Shown: positions 51,036-61,374, counted from the first letter of the stretch. The stretch is DNA of 64,000 nt from a bacterium (GCA_013360195.1 JABWCQ010000004.1:43836-107835); one strand, 5' to 3'. A program made the numbers and translations. The notes: a model not told the origin generated them from the letters alone.

Positions 51036-52664
51036 TTGAAGCGAACAAGAAATTACTTCATCATGGCGGTCCTGGGTGTCATTGTCGGCGGTATAGGTCT
51101 GTTGTGGAGCCCAGCTCTCTTTGCAGACAACAGCGGCGACGTCAACATGCAGCTGAATAAGCTGAACTACATTTTGCGGTCAGTGCGGGACAACTATGTT
51201 GAAGAGCCTGATGCCGCCAAACTGCTTGAAGGCGCAATTGAAGGAATGTTGAAGGAGCTTGATCCGCACTCAGTGTATATCCCGGCGGACCAGCAGAAGC
51301 GAATTACGGAGCAGTTCCGTGGCGACTTTGAAGGGATTGGAATTCAGTTCACAATTCAAAATGACTGGTTGACAGTGATCTCGCCGATACCCGGAACGCC
51401 CGCTGACAGACTTGGAATTCGTGCAGGAGACAGAATCACGCATATAGACGGGCTTTCCGCGTACGGGATCTCGAATGAAGAGGTCTTTGAAAAGCTCAGA
51501 GGTGAAAAGGGTTCAACAGTCCGAGTGACGATTGAGCGACCCACGATTGAAGTTCCACTAGAGTTCGAAATCGTGCGAGACAAGATTCCCATATTCTCAG
51601 TTGGTGCAGCTTTCTTAATGCCCGACAAGGAAACAGGGTATGTCCGAATCAGCCAGTTCACGGCCACAACCACGGATGAAGTCGTATCCGCATTGGACAG
51701 CCTCAAGGCAATCGGGATGAAACAATTGTTGCTCGACTTGCGTGGGAATCCGGGCGGGTATCTTGATCAAGCCTGGCGGGTTGCGGATCTTTTTATGCCG
51801 AGAAAGGACATGCTACTGGTTTACACGAAGGGACGCACGCCGAAGTCCAACTCAGAGTTTCGTTCAACAGGCATCGGAGCCAAATACGATATGCCTTTGA
51901 TTTGCCTGATAAATCATGGCAGCGCATCTGCATCAGAGATTGTATCCGGTGCGATTCAAGATCATGATCGCGGATTGGTCGTGGGTCAAGTCAGCTTTGG
52001 CAAGGGGCTAGTTCAGACACCGTATCCGATGCCGGACGGATCGGTAGTGCGTATAACAACAGCGCGTTATTACACGCCAACAGGCAGGCTGATTCAGCGA
52101 CCTTATGACAACGGCTTTGCCGAGTATGTCATGGGGGGACGTGACGAAGAAGATCCGAATGCACCGGAGATTGCTGAGCAAGATACGACTCCCCGCGAGC
52201 AGTTCTTGACCGATGGCGGCAGAGTTGTATATGGTGGCGGAGGGATAACTCCGGACAGCACGGTGGTACCAAGCAAGACAAACACTTTGACCGCGCAGCT
52301 TTTCAGTAAGAGAATGTACTTTGAATGGGCATCAGAATACGTGGTCAAGAACCCGAATATCAGCAAGGATCACGAGGATTTTGCGAAGAGTTTTCAAGTG
52401 ACTGATGAGATGCTTGGTGACTTCAAGCAATTCTGTATTGATCGCAAGATCGAAGTTGACGATCCGCGTTGGGAACAGGATATTGCCTTTACCAAGACTC
52501 AGCTCAAAGGTGAAATTGCCGGTTTAGTGTTCAACAATCGGGATATTTACAACCTGATTAGGCTCCAAGATGACGAGCAGATACAAGCTGCGATGGGCAT
52601 GTTCGAACAGGCCAAGGCAGTGGCCTCGTCATCTGTGAAGACTCGCCCGGGTAACAAGAATTAA
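51036..52664 (+). CDS. C-terminal processing protease, S41A family (PDZ)
   Basis: LDPHSVY, GIGIQF, DLRGNPGG, SASASEI, SFGKGLVQ, ARYYTPTGR. Confidence 0.93.
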   Translation: MKRTRNYFIMAVLGVIVGGIGLLWSPALFADNSGDVNMQLNKLNYILRSVRDNYVEEPDAAKLLEGAIEGMLKELDPHSVYIPADQQKRITEQFRGDFEGIGIQFTIQNDWLTVISPIPGTPADRLGIRAGDRITHIDGLSAYGISNEEVFEKLRGEKGSTVRVTIERPTIEVPLEFEIVRDKIPIFSVGAAFLMPDKETGYVRISQFTATTTDEVVSALDSLKAIGMKQLLLDLRGNPGGYLDQAWRVADLFMPRKDMLLVYTKGRTPKSNSEFRSTGIGAKYDMPLICLINHGSASASEIVSGAIQDHDRGLVVGQVSFGKGLVQTPYPMPDGSVVRITTARYYTPTGRLIQRPYDNGFAEYVMGGRDEEDPNAPEIAEQDTTPREQFLTDGGRVVYGGGGITPDSTVVPSKTNTLTAQLFSKRMYFEWASEYVVKNPNISKDHEDFAKSFQVTDEMLGDFKQFCIDRKIEVDDPRWEQDIAFTKTQLKGEIAGLVFNNRDIYNLIRLQDDEQIQAAMGMFEQAKAVASSSVKTRPGNKN

Positions 52665-52755
52665 CTACAGGTATTACAGCAACATCAGTTTGGGACTGAA
52701 GGAGACAGGACTCTCCTTTGCAGAGTCCAAAAGCGTCCCAAAAATGTTTGCTAAC

Positions 52756-52784
52756 TTGCTCTTTTTGCTTCGGTTGGGTATATT
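52756..52784 (+). promoter_or_regulatory. Sigma-70-type promoter
   Basis: TTGCTC-17 nt-TATATT. Confidence 0.55.
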
Positions 52785-52859
52785 GAGAGGTTCAAAAAAC
52801 CTCACAAAACCCCGCCGCTCCACTTGTCCCTCAAGTTGGGGGACAAATGTTCAACGTGA

Positions 52860-54767
52860 ATGCGCTTACGATTTCAAAACATACTTAACTTAGCGGCCAT
52901 TCTCTCGGCGTGTGCGAGCATTTATGCAGCCAATCCGCCACTCGACAGGGCCCGCGAACTTGCCAAAACCGGCAATTGGGATGAAGTCCGCGCATTAGCG
53001 GAAGAAGGGGCAAACCTCGAACCAAAGAACGAAGAGGCTTGGCGGCTTCGTGGTCGCGCCGAATTGTTCTTCGGCGATACGACTTTGGCAATTCAGTACT
53101 ATGAGCAGGCACTTGCGTTGAATCCAAAGCAGGCGGATGCAGTAGTTGATTTGACAACTGTGTTTGTTGCTTTGAATCGTCTTGAAGATGCCGACCGCAT
53201 CGTCTCTGCAGCAGAAAAGAAAGACCCTAAGGGTAAAATTGACGAGATCAAAGTCTCCCGGGCTTTGATACTGGGAAAGCAGAACAAGATTGGCGAAGCA
53301 ACTCCAATTCTTGCCAGTGCCACAGCAAAGCACCCTGACAACCCATTATATCCACTGATTCTTGCCCGAATTTACGGCAACGCCGGGGTCACGACGCTTG
53401 CCAAGGATAACTACGCCAAAGCTTGGAGTCTTGACGAGGGAAATCCCGATATTGCCTTTGAATATGGTCAAACACTTCTTGCGTTGAAGGAGTATGATGA
53501 GGCCGACAAGCTGTTCAAGATTGTACAGGACAGAGACCCTGACAACAAGCAAGTCGACTATCTTCGCGGGCGCTTGAGGTTTGCTGCGAAGCGATATGCT
53601 GAGGCCGCGGCTGAGTTTCAGAAAGCGGTGGAGAAGGACCAGGAGAACTTCCTGGCGAATTACTGGCTGGGACGAAGCTACGTTGATCTTTCCAAGACGG
53701 AAAAGAAGAATTTTTATTCCGCCGCTCTTGCACCGTTGAGGAAGGCGCTGATGCTCAGGCCGGACCGTACAGACATTGAGCTATCCCTGGCAGAAGCGGA
53801 GTATTTTGTCGGGCGTTCGCTGTTTTTTACGTCGCAGCAGGATTCACTGTCTGAAGAATCAAAAATCCGGCTGGCAGATGAGTTTCAGAAGCAGGCGGAA
53901 AGCTTTGAGGCCAGTGCGGCAACGCCCAAAGTACCCATTCCGCCAAAACCCCCGGTGCCCGTGGGAGACGGATCCGTCCCATCCGTCCCTTCGATTCCAG
54001 TAGTTACCGATGCAGAGCGTACAGCTCAAACCCTTGCGCTTGTGGCAAAATACCGGTCGGCCGAGATGACCTTGCGCGATCCGGCAGCGAAGCTTGATGG
54101 GAAGCATCCGTTGCAAAACGAGTTGATTGAACTGTCCGTTGCAATCATGCAGCATGCAATGTACAGCTCTCAAGAGCTTCCCAAACTTCAGGATGTGTAT
54201 GCAAGCATCGCACGTGCCTTCGACAAACTTGAGAAGCTCGATTCGTCACTGTTTTACACAGAAAGGCAGCTGGAGCTAACACCGAATTCTGCGAGTGATG
54301 TTACGAGAAAAATCAGCCTGTTGCAGCGGCTCGATGATCAGGCCCGGTTGGCGGAATATCTGAATGTTCTTGCGGCGGACACCGCGATGCTAGACAAATA
54401 CGGGCTGATCCTGGTTAACAGCTATATCGAGACGAAACAGTACGACAAGGCGAGGGAAGCAGTTAACCGCGTAATTGAGCGCGATCCGGGGAATTGTGAT
54501 GCGCATCAGCTTAATGCATACATTGATTTGAAACGCGAGCGCTACGGCGCCGCGATAAACGTTTTGCTGGAGGGTGTGAAGGCATGCCCGAACAGCGGAG
54601 ACTTATGGGTATTTCTGGGGGACAGCTACTTTTTCTCGGTAGACAAACCGGACAAGGCAACAGTGGAGAAGGCAAAGAATGCCTATTGTCGTGCGGCGAG
54701 TCTTGGCAATTCGACCGGACAGGAAAAGTGTGAAGAAGTCGGAAATTATTTAAAGCAGATGAGATAA
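52860..54767 (+). CDS. Exported tetratricopeptide-repeat protein
   Basis: Signal peptide; many TPR units (A...Y..AL.L.P); central Pro-rich insert. Confidence 0.85.
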   Translation: MRLRFQNILNLAAILSACASIYAANPPLDRARELAKTGNWDEVRALAEEGANLEPKNEEAWRLRGRAELFFGDTTLAIQYYEQALALNPKQADAVVDLTTVFVALNRLEDADRIVSAAEKKDPKGKIDEIKVSRALILGKQNKIGEATPILASATAKHPDNPLYPLILARIYGNAGVTTLAKDNYAKAWSLDEGNPDIAFEYGQTLLALKEYDEADKLFKIVQDRDPDNKQVDYLRGRLRFAAKRYAEAAAEFQKAVEKDQENFLANYWLGRSYVDLSKTEKKNFYSAALAPLRKALMLRPDRTDIELSLAEAEYFVGRSLFFTSQQDSLSEESKIRLADEFQKQAESFEASAATPKVPIPPKPPVPVGDGSVPSVPSIPVVTDAERTAQTLALVAKYRSAEMTLRDPAAKLDGKHPLQNELIELSVAIMQHAMYSSQELPKLQDVYASIARAFDKLEKLDSSLFYTERQLELTPNSASDVTRKISLLQRLDDQARLAEYLNVLAADTAMLDKYGLILVNSYIETKQYDKAREAVNRVIERDPGNCDAHQLNAYIDLKRERYGAAINVLLEGVKACPNSGDLWVFLGDSYFFSVDKPDKATVEKAKNAYCRAASLGNSTGQEKCEEVGNYLKQMR

Positions 54768-54813
54768 ACTCTCCAATCCCGGGTTTCAACTGATTGGAAA
54801 AAGGAACTAAAGC

Positions 54814-55572
54814 ATGAAGCAAGGAACTTTTACGACGATCACGCTTCTCGCAGCGCTGGTCATCTCCTCGATTTTCTATTGGGGTATTTTGCCGACCATG
54901 GACAAAGGCCCAGAGGAAACGCCCCTAATTCACCAGATTGCCTTGGCCGGACCCATCGTGCCATTTCTGATTACTTTGACTTTGATGCTCTTGACTTTCG
55001 TTATTGAGCGCATCATCACGTTGGGCAAGGCGCGCGGAGCCCGTCCGTTGCCGATCTACTTCTCTGAATTCACTAAAGCAGTTCGGGATGGCAAGTATGA
55101 CCATGCTGTAAAGATTTCGGACGAGCAGCGTGGATCAGCTGCCGCGGTCTTGAAGGCAGGCGCGGAGCAGTGGATTCGTGTGGCGAATGACAAGTCGGTG
55201 AATATGGAGAAGAAGATCTCGGAAACTCAAAGAGCGATTAATGAAGCACGACTGCTTGAAGTTCCGTTCCTGGAAAGAAATCTGATTGCTCTTTCTACGA
55301 TAGCTTCAGTGGCTACGATGGTCGGACTGCTAGGCACGACGATCGGAATGATCCGTTCGTTTGCCGCTATGTCCACGCAGGGCGCGCCGAATGCCGCCGA
55401 GCTTGCACGTGGTATTTCCGAGGCGCTGGTGAACACCGCTCTCGGATTGTTTGCGGCAATCGTCGGTATCGTCTGCTACAACTTCTTCGTGAATAAGGTT
55501 GACCAGTTCAACTATGAGATTGATGAAGCTGCGTACTTAATGGTGGAGATCCTGAAGGACAAGGAAGTGTAA
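54814..55572 (+). CDS. exbB: MotA/TolQ/ExbB proton channel protein
   Basis: LSTIASVATMVGLLGTTIGMIRSF, GISEALVNTALGL. Confidence 0.9.
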   Translation: MKQGTFTTITLLAALVISSIFYWGILPTMDKGPEETPLIHQIALAGPIVPFLITLTLMLLTFVIERIITLGKARGARPLPIYFSEFTKAVRDGKYDHAVKISDEQRGSAAAVLKAGAEQWIRVANDKSVNMEKKISETQRAINEARLLEVPFLERNLIALSTIASVATMVGLLGTTIGMIRSFAAMSTQGAPNAAELARGISEALVNTALGLFAAIVGIVCYNFFVNKVDQFNYEIDEAAYLMVEILKDKEV

Positions 55573-55610
55573 TCGGAGTCCGGGCAAGCACAAACAAGTA
55601 AGGACAACTT

Positions 55611-56081
55611 ATGGCTGCTCCCAAGAAACGCAGGATTCCGATATCCATCGATATGACACCGATGGTGGATATTGCATTCCTTTTATTGATATTCTTCATG
55701 TCAACAACGGTGTTCAAGAAGCCTGCTGAAGTAGACGTTCAGGCTCCTTCATCACATTCGATACGACCGCTGCCGGAAACGGGAATTATTGTAATCACGA
55801 TTCCAAAAGACAACCGGGTCTTCATGACGCTGGACAATGCCGCACTGGACGTTGAGAACGGATTGGCAGAAGTAAAGGGTTTAACGACCCGTGGCATCGA
55901 ATTCCAGCCGGATTCGATTGTGAAACCAATTGAAAGGTTGATGCTGAAGAGACTAGTTGATAAGGTCGTGTTGAAAGCGGACAAGGACGCTTCCTATGGC
56001 ACGATCGAAAAAGTGCTGCAGACTCTTCAGAAGAATGAGCTTCTGTTCGTGAACATGGTCACCGAAGTTGAAGAAAGCTAA
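55611..56081 (+). CDS. exbD: ExbD/TolR family protein
   Basis: IDMTPMVDIAFLLLIFFM, LKADKDASYG. Confidence 0.9.
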   Translation: MAAPKKRRIPISIDMTPMVDIAFLLLIFFMSTTVFKKPAEVDVQAPSSHSIRPLPETGIIVITIPKDNRVFMTLDNAALDVENGLAEVKGLTTRGIEFQPDSIVKPIERLMLKRLVDKVVLKADKDASYGTIEKVLQTLQKNELLFVNMVTEVEES

Positions 56082-56091
56082 GGTATAGAAA

Positions 56092-56670
56092 ATGGGTGCT
56101 GTAGATGTAGGTGGACCCAAGAAATCGAGCGGCGGTCAAGCATGGAAGCGGCCCAGAGTCGCGATCCGAATTGACATGACGCCGATGGTAGACATCGCGT
56201 TCCTGCTGTTGATATTCTTCATGGTGACAACCGTATTCCGTTTGCCGACGGCAATGGAAATGGTCTTGCCTCCGCCAAACGAGGTGGCTCAGCCGGGGAA
56301 GGTCTTCAAGGAAAAGCTTCTCCAGTTTTACGTGTTGAATAATGACTCGTTGGCGCTGCAGATCGGCGATACGCTGGCGAAACCCTTGATGTGGACCGAC
56401 TTGCGGGACAGTTTGAAATCTCGCTATGATCGCTATGGAGACAGTGTCGTGGTCGTTGCCCGAGTCCATCCAAAAGCAAAGTTCATGTCCTTGGTGGATT
56501 TGGTAGATGAGTTCAATTTGGTTGGCACGACGAGATTTTCGATCGATCATTACACGACATTGGACGATTCGATGCTTCGAGCCGCAGGATTTCAAACGGC
56601 CGGAGCAGAAGGGCTACCGACGCCTGAAGAAATTGAGGCACGTTTCGCGCCTCCCGGTCAACAACTCTAA
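56092..56670 (+). CDS. exbD: ExbD/TolR family protein (second copy)
   Basis: IDMTPMVDIAFLLLIFFMVTT, LVDLVDEF. Confidence 0.88.
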   Translation: MGAVDVGGPKKSSGGQAWKRPRVAIRIDMTPMVDIAFLLLIFFMVTTVFRLPTAMEMVLPPPNEVAQPGKVFKEKLLQFYVLNNDSLALQIGDTLAKPLMWTDLRDSLKSRYDRYGDSVVVVARVHPKAKFMSLVDLVDEFNLVGTTRFSIDHYTTLDDSMLRAAGFQTAGAEGLPTPEEIEARFAPPGQQL

Positions 56671-56705
56671 ATGCCGTTTCACGCCGGTTGAAAGGGCGGT
56701 GAATT

Positions 56706-57446
56706 ATGAATTTCTTAGAAGAACTTGAAAAAGGCAAATACGGCGCGATTGAGCTGAAGAAGATCGTCGGTCGCAACCTTATTCGCGGTCTGGCCTTCAG
56801 TGTGGCAGTGCACACTGCCGTGGTGGCTGCACCGTTTGTGGCCTCGCTTTTTCAGGAGGAGATACCTCCACCGGATCGCGTGGTTGTTGTTGACCCATCA
56901 ATCCTTGAAAAGCTCAAGAGGCTGAACCCAAACCAGGCGCCACCGAAGATTGAGCGTCCGAAACTTGCACCTCCCAAGGTCGTTGTTCCGATTGCCGTAA
57001 GTGAAGAGACGATAGAAGAGCAGCCTGAAATCATGAAACAGGAAGAACTCGTGGCGGCAATCGTCGAAGAGTACGGCACGGATACACTAGGTATCGGCGA
57101 AGGTGTTGAGCTTGTGCTTGAAGAATCCGGCGATGATATTCCAAGCTACGAAGAATTTATTCCCTTTGAGGTACCGCCGCAGCCGCTCCCTGATTTCAGT
57201 CCACAACCGGCATTTCCGAAATTAGCACAGCAAGCAGGCGTGTCTGGCAAGGTGACCGCACAGGTTTATGTTGACAAGAAAGGTGAAGTCAAGAAGTGGC
57301 GGATTGTGCAGGCAAAGCCAGAGAAGCTTGGATTTGAAGAAGAAGTTGAGAAGGTACTGCCAAAATGGAAGTTTACACCGGCAATTCAACAGGGTAATCC
57401 GGTCGGTGTGTGGATTGCAATTCCTTTTAACTTCAAAGTTCAGTAA
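56706..57446 (+). CDS. tonB: TonB family energy transducer
   Basis: YGAIELK, TM with SVAVH, Pro-rich linker, C-terminal domain (GVSGKV...WKFTPAIQQGNPV). Confidence 0.85.
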   Translation: MNFLEELEKGKYGAIELKKIVGRNLIRGLAFSVAVHTAVVAAPFVASLFQEEIPPPDRVVVVDPSILEKLKRLNPNQAPPKIERPKLAPPKVVVPIAVSEETIEEQPEIMKQEELVAAIVEEYGTDTLGIGEGVELVLEESGDDIPSYEEFIPFEVPPQPLPDFSPQPAFPKLAQQAGVSGKVTAQVYVDKKGEVKKWRIVQAKPEKLGFEEEVEKVLPKWKFTPAIQQGNPVGVWIAIPFNFKVQ

Positions 57447-57579
57447 TCCTGCCGCAAAATTGTTTTGACCGCGCGGCGATTCGTCGTGCGGTCTTGCGCT
57501 CTGTAAAATACTTGTTTCCTTCGTGTGGGTCCCGGAGTTACATTCTTAATTGCGCCGCATTTGCGGGCAAGGAGGTGTC

Positions 57580-58332
57580 ATGGAAACCGGAACGAAGACA
57601 AAGAGGCTGCCGCTTGGTGCACTTTACTTGAAAGGCAATCTTGGACGTTATCTGCTGCAAGGACTTGTTGTCAGCGTGTTCCTGCACAGTGCGGCCGTTG
57701 CCCTGCTGGGGTTATGGCCGGAAACGCAGAAACCTGTTGCGAATGATGTGATAATTGAAGTCACGGGTTTCCCAACGGTTCGCGAAGACATAGTTCCTCC
57801 TCCGGTGCCGGAGAGAATTCGACCCAGCGCACCTCAGCAGCCGGATTTTGTAAAGGTACTTTCGGTAGATGAATTGCCATTGGATTCAATTGCGTTACCG
57901 GAAGAGGAACTGCCTCCTCTGAGCAGCAACGGTCACCTTGATGGAACGATTGATACCGGAGCGTCTGGGCAGGGTGGGGTGGAAGGCATCGACACCTCGG
58001 AGGGTTTGGCGGGGATCAAACCCCCATGGGAAACGGGTTTTTCGATTTTCGAAGTCGCACCAGCCGCATTGTACGAAATCAATCCGCAGCCAGCCTACCC
58101 GGAACTTGCAAGACGGACCGGGATGAGCGGCAGAGTGTTTGTTTGGGTTCACATTAGCGAAAAGGGTGATGTGACTGAATGGCACGTAGTGGATGTCAAA
58201 CCGGCAGGCCTCGGCTTTGAGGATGAAGTTGCGCGTGTGATTCCAAAGTGGAAGTTCACACCTGCACTGCAACAGAATCGCCCCGTCGCCGTTTGGGTTG
58301 CAATACCATTTAAGTTCAAGGTCTCAAACTAG
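57580..58332 (+). CDS. tonB: TonB family energy transducer (paralog)
   Basis: aggagg RBS; GALYLK, SVFLH TM, YPELARRTGMSGRV...WKFTPALQQNRPV. Confidence 0.82.
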   Translation: METGTKTKRLPLGALYLKGNLGRYLLQGLVVSVFLHSAAVALLGLWPETQKPVANDVIIEVTGFPTVREDIVPPPVPERIRPSAPQQPDFVKVLSVDELPLDSIALPEEELPPLSSNGHLDGTIDTGASGQGGVEGIDTSEGLAGIKPPWETGFSIFEVAPAALYEINPQPAYPELARRTGMSGRVFVWVHISEKGDVTEWHVVDVKPAGLGFEDEVARVIPKWKFTPALQQNRPVAVWVAIPFKFKVSN

Positions 58333-58345
58333 TGCTTTCTTGCAA

Positions 58346-58564
58346 ATGATAACGCGCTGGATTTTGCCGGCTGCGTTCGCGGTTCTTGGTGTGTTAATAC
58401 TGACAGGGACGTTACTCAAAGAACTCCCGAAAGGAACAGGTCTTCGTCCAATCATGGGTGTGACTGTGATTCTGCTGGGTATTCATCGGTTTGTTGTCTC
58501 CCGGACACCGAAAGGCGAGCGCAGACGATATGGTGGCGATTATGGACGGCCATGGGAGCATTAA
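58346..58564 (+). CDS. Small two-TM membrane protein
   Basis: Two hydrophobic helices; fills the gap between tonB and the PstS-like gene. Confidence 0.6.
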   Translation: MITRWILPAAFAVLGVLILTGTLLKELPKGTGLRPIMGVTVILLGIHRFVVSRTPKGERRRYGGDYGRPWEH

Positions 58565-58565
58565 C

Positions 58566-59489
58566 GTGACAAGAATATTCTGGATTTCCTTGCTACTCGC
58601 GCTAACAGTCATGAGCTGCAAGGAACGTGAGCCGGAGGAGTCATTTACAAAAGGTTCGGCACAAATCGGCTGCAGCGACGCTGTTTTCGAATTGGCTCGG
58701 TTTGTAGCAACGGAGTACTCTGATTTGCATGCAGCTGCCCACGTAGGTGTTTGGAGGCATTCAACCCAGTCACTTTTGGATTCCTTGCTGAACGACCGAA
58801 TCGAGGAAGCGTTTCTTGATCGTGCATTGAGTCAGGAAGAATCGCTCGCATTTTCGAAGTTTGGCAAGAAGTTGTATTCCTATCCCGTTGCGCACTATCC
58901 TGTGTATCTGCTGGTGCGTGAGAGTCTGGCGGTTGAGCATCTCGACAGTGTAAACTTGCGGCGGATATTACAGGGTGAAGTTGATTCGTGGAAAGAGATT
59001 GGCGGTGCGGGCATTCCATTGACAGTTTATGCACCGCTGCCCGGCGACGGAGCATGGACTTCGCTGCAGACGTATTTCGGCGAGTTCGATTCTCTCGCGG
59101 CGGTCGTGTGTTCAACGCACAGTAGAATGATATCACTTGCAGAACATGACCCCGGCGCATTGTTGATTTACATGAAGAAGCCCGCGGATATTGTAGGTTA
59201 CAAGAAACTGCGTTGGGCACAAGACGAGCTTCGGATACCCGCGAACGCGAAGACGATTCTGGAATCACCTCGCTGGCCGTTCATGACGACGTTCACATAT
59301 GTGACAACGCACATGAAAAGCGATGTAGCTGCGGGTTATCTGACATTTCTGGTTTCCAATGATGGTCAGAAGATGGTCATGAACGAGGGTTACAGACCGG
59401 CATCTGTGCCAGTCCGCATCATTCAGCTAAAGAGTTCTGAACAGATTGACACGTCAACAGTCGATACGTTTTCGCGGCGAAATGGCTGA
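58566..59489 (+). CDS. PstS-like substrate-binding lipoprotein (divergent)
   Basis: Lipobox VMSC; LRRILQGEVDSWKEIGG; FLVSNDGQKMVMNEGYRPA; GTG start inferred. Confidence 0.65.
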   Translation: MTRIFWISLLLALTVMSCKEREPEESFTKGSAQIGCSDAVFELARFVATEYSDLHAAAHVGVWRHSTQSLLDSLLNDRIEEAFLDRALSQEESLAFSKFGKKLYSYPVAHYPVYLLVRESLAVEHLDSVNLRRILQGEVDSWKEIGGAGIPLTVYAPLPGDGAWTSLQTYFGEFDSLAAVVCSTHSRMISLAEHDPGALLIYMKKPADIVGYKKLRWAQDELRIPANAKTILESPRWPFMTTFTYVTTHMKSDVAAGYLTFLVSNDGQKMVMNEGYRPASVPVRIIQLKSSEQIDTSTVDTFSRRNG

Positions 59490-59544
59490 AAGCCGCATAC
59501 TCATATAGAAATACAAGGCAGCAAATTACATAAACGGAGCTATT

Positions 59545-60630
59545 TTGAAGAATACGGCGCTTACGGCCGAGCATGAAGCGCTCGGGGCGAAGCTGGTGGA
59601 TTTTGCCGGCTACAGAATGCCAATTCAATATCACTCAATTCGGGCTGAACATCTTCGGGTTCGGAATACAGTCGGAGTATTTGACGTTTCACATATGGGT
59701 GAATTCATTGTCACCGGAAAGGACAGAGAGGAGTATCTGAATCGAGTGACGGTAAACGACGTGAAGGGTCTGAACATCGGCCAGGCGCAATATTCTTGTA
59801 TGTGCAAACCGGACGGCGGAATCGTAGATGACTTGCTGATTTACAAGAGTGCAGATCACATCATGGTTGTTGTCAATGCCTCGAATTTGGAAAAGGACTG
59901 GAGCTGGCTTTCGAGCAACACAATGGGTGATGTGATTCTCAAAAATCGATCTGAGCAAACGTCGCTTATGGCTGTGCAAGGTCGAAATGCCGCCGCAGTT
60001 GTTCAGAAATTAACCGAGTCCAACCTGTCAGTTGTCGCCAATTATCATTTCATACACGGTAAACTCCTCGGTCGAACTGCCGTAATAGCGCGGACGGGCT
60101 ACACTGGCGAAGACGGGTTCGAACTCTATGTTGCTAACGAAGACGCCGTGACAATTTGGCGAGCTGTTTTGGAGGCAGGTAGGGAGTTTGATATTGAACC
60201 AATTGGCCTAGGTGCGCGAGACTCACTGCGGCTTGAGATGAAGATGTGTTTGTACGGCAATGACATTGATGATACTACCCACCCTCTTGAGGCAGGACTT
60301 GGGTGGATTACAAAGCTTGACAAGGGTGATTTTATTGGCAGGGATGCTCTGCTGCGCGCGCGCGATTCCGGAATTAAACGAAAGCTCGTGGCAATGGAAC
60401 TCGAGGGCAATGCATTCCCCAGGCATGGCTATGTCATTCACGATAGTGCAGGTAATACAGTTGGTCACGTGACTTCTGGTACGGTGTCTCCGTGCTTGAA
60501 CAAAGGGATTGCAATGGGCTATGTACCCACGGAGTTGTCGGGAGTTGGTTCAAGCGTCTTTGTTGTATGTCATAACAAGTCAGTTCCCGCGAAGGTCGTA
60601 AAGCCTCCGTTCTACAAGCGTCCATACTGA
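59545..60630 (+). CDS. gcvT: Glycine cleavage system aminomethyltransferase T
   Basis: FAGYRMPIQY, FDVSHMGE, ARTGYTGEDGFE, GLGARDSLRLE, YGNDI. Confidence 0.96.
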   Translation: MKNTALTAEHEALGAKLVDFAGYRMPIQYHSIRAEHLRVRNTVGVFDVSHMGEFIVTGKDREEYLNRVTVNDVKGLNIGQAQYSCMCKPDGGIVDDLLIYKSADHIMVVVNASNLEKDWSWLSSNTMGDVILKNRSEQTSLMAVQGRNAAAVVQKLTESNLSVVANYHFIHGKLLGRTAVIARTGYTGEDGFELYVANEDAVTIWRAVLEAGREFDIEPIGLGARDSLRLEMKMCLYGNDIDDTTHPLEAGLGWITKLDKGDFIGRDALLRARDSGIKRKLVAMELEGNAFPRHGYVIHDSAGNTVGHVTSGTVSPCLNKGIAMGYVPTELSGVGSSVFVVCHNKSVPAKVVKPPFYKRPY

Positions 60631-60639
60631 GCAGAAGTC

Positions 60640-61374
60640 GTGACAAACATTCGTGTTTTTGCCACTCCGAAGGAGTGGACTGAGGATGATGTGCGCGGAT
60701 CCTTCGCAATCGTGATCGACGTGCTTCGCGCGTCTTCGACGATTACGCAGGCGCTGGCGAACGGTGCGCGCGAAGTGGTTCCGGTAGCCACTCCGGCTGA
60801 GGCAGGAGAGTTTGCCGTGAAAGCCGGCCGCAACGACGTGATCCTGGGTGGCGAGCGGGACGGCAAGCAGATTGAAGGTTTTGATCTGGGTAACTCGCCT
60901 TTTGAATACACTCGAGAACAAATTGCCGGCCGCACAGTTGTCTTTGCTTCGACGAATGGTTCACCAACACTTGTTCGCGCAAAGCCGGCAGAGATGATTG
61001 TCGTGGGATGTTTTAATAATTTCACAGCGGTTGCAGCTGAAGCGCGCAAGAGCGAACTTGACGTCTCCGTATTGTGTTCGGGCCGAAACGGAAAGTTCTC
61101 CATCGAGGACTTTGTCTGCGCTGGCAAAATAGTGGATAGTCTGCAGAATGGCAACGGAATAGGCAATGACGGTGCTCAGGGGTCGCTTGATCTGTTCAGG
61201 TACTATCGATCGCAGATTGCCGAAGTTGTTCGAAATAGTTATCACGGCAAGTATCTCGCAGGTCTGGGTTTTAGTGATGATCTAGACCACTGCTCAAAAG
61301 TGGATATACATCAGATTGTTCCAGCACTCATAGAAGGCAAGATCCGGGTTACAAGAACAAATGGCGGTTCGTAA
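60640..61374 (+). CDS. comB: 2-phosphosulfolactate phosphatase family protein
   Basis: VIDVLRASSTI, GERDG...GFDLGNSP, STNGS, EDFVCAG. Confidence 0.85.
   Translation: MTNIRVFATPKEWTEDDVRGSFAIVIDVLRASSTITQALANGAREVVPVATPAEAGEFAVKAGRNDVILGGERDGKQIEGFDLGNSPFEYTREQIAGRTVVFASTNGSPTLVRAKPAEMIVVGCFNNFTAVAAEARKSELDVSVLCSGRNGKFSIEDFVCAGKIVDSLQNGNGIGNDGAQGSLDLFRYYRSQIAEVVRNSYHGKYLAGLGFSDDLDHCSKVDIHQIVPALIEGKIRVTRTNGGS

Noticed and set aside
59490..59544. Glycine riboswitch before gcvT
   Set aside because: Spacer is only about 55 nt and lacks the aptamer motifs
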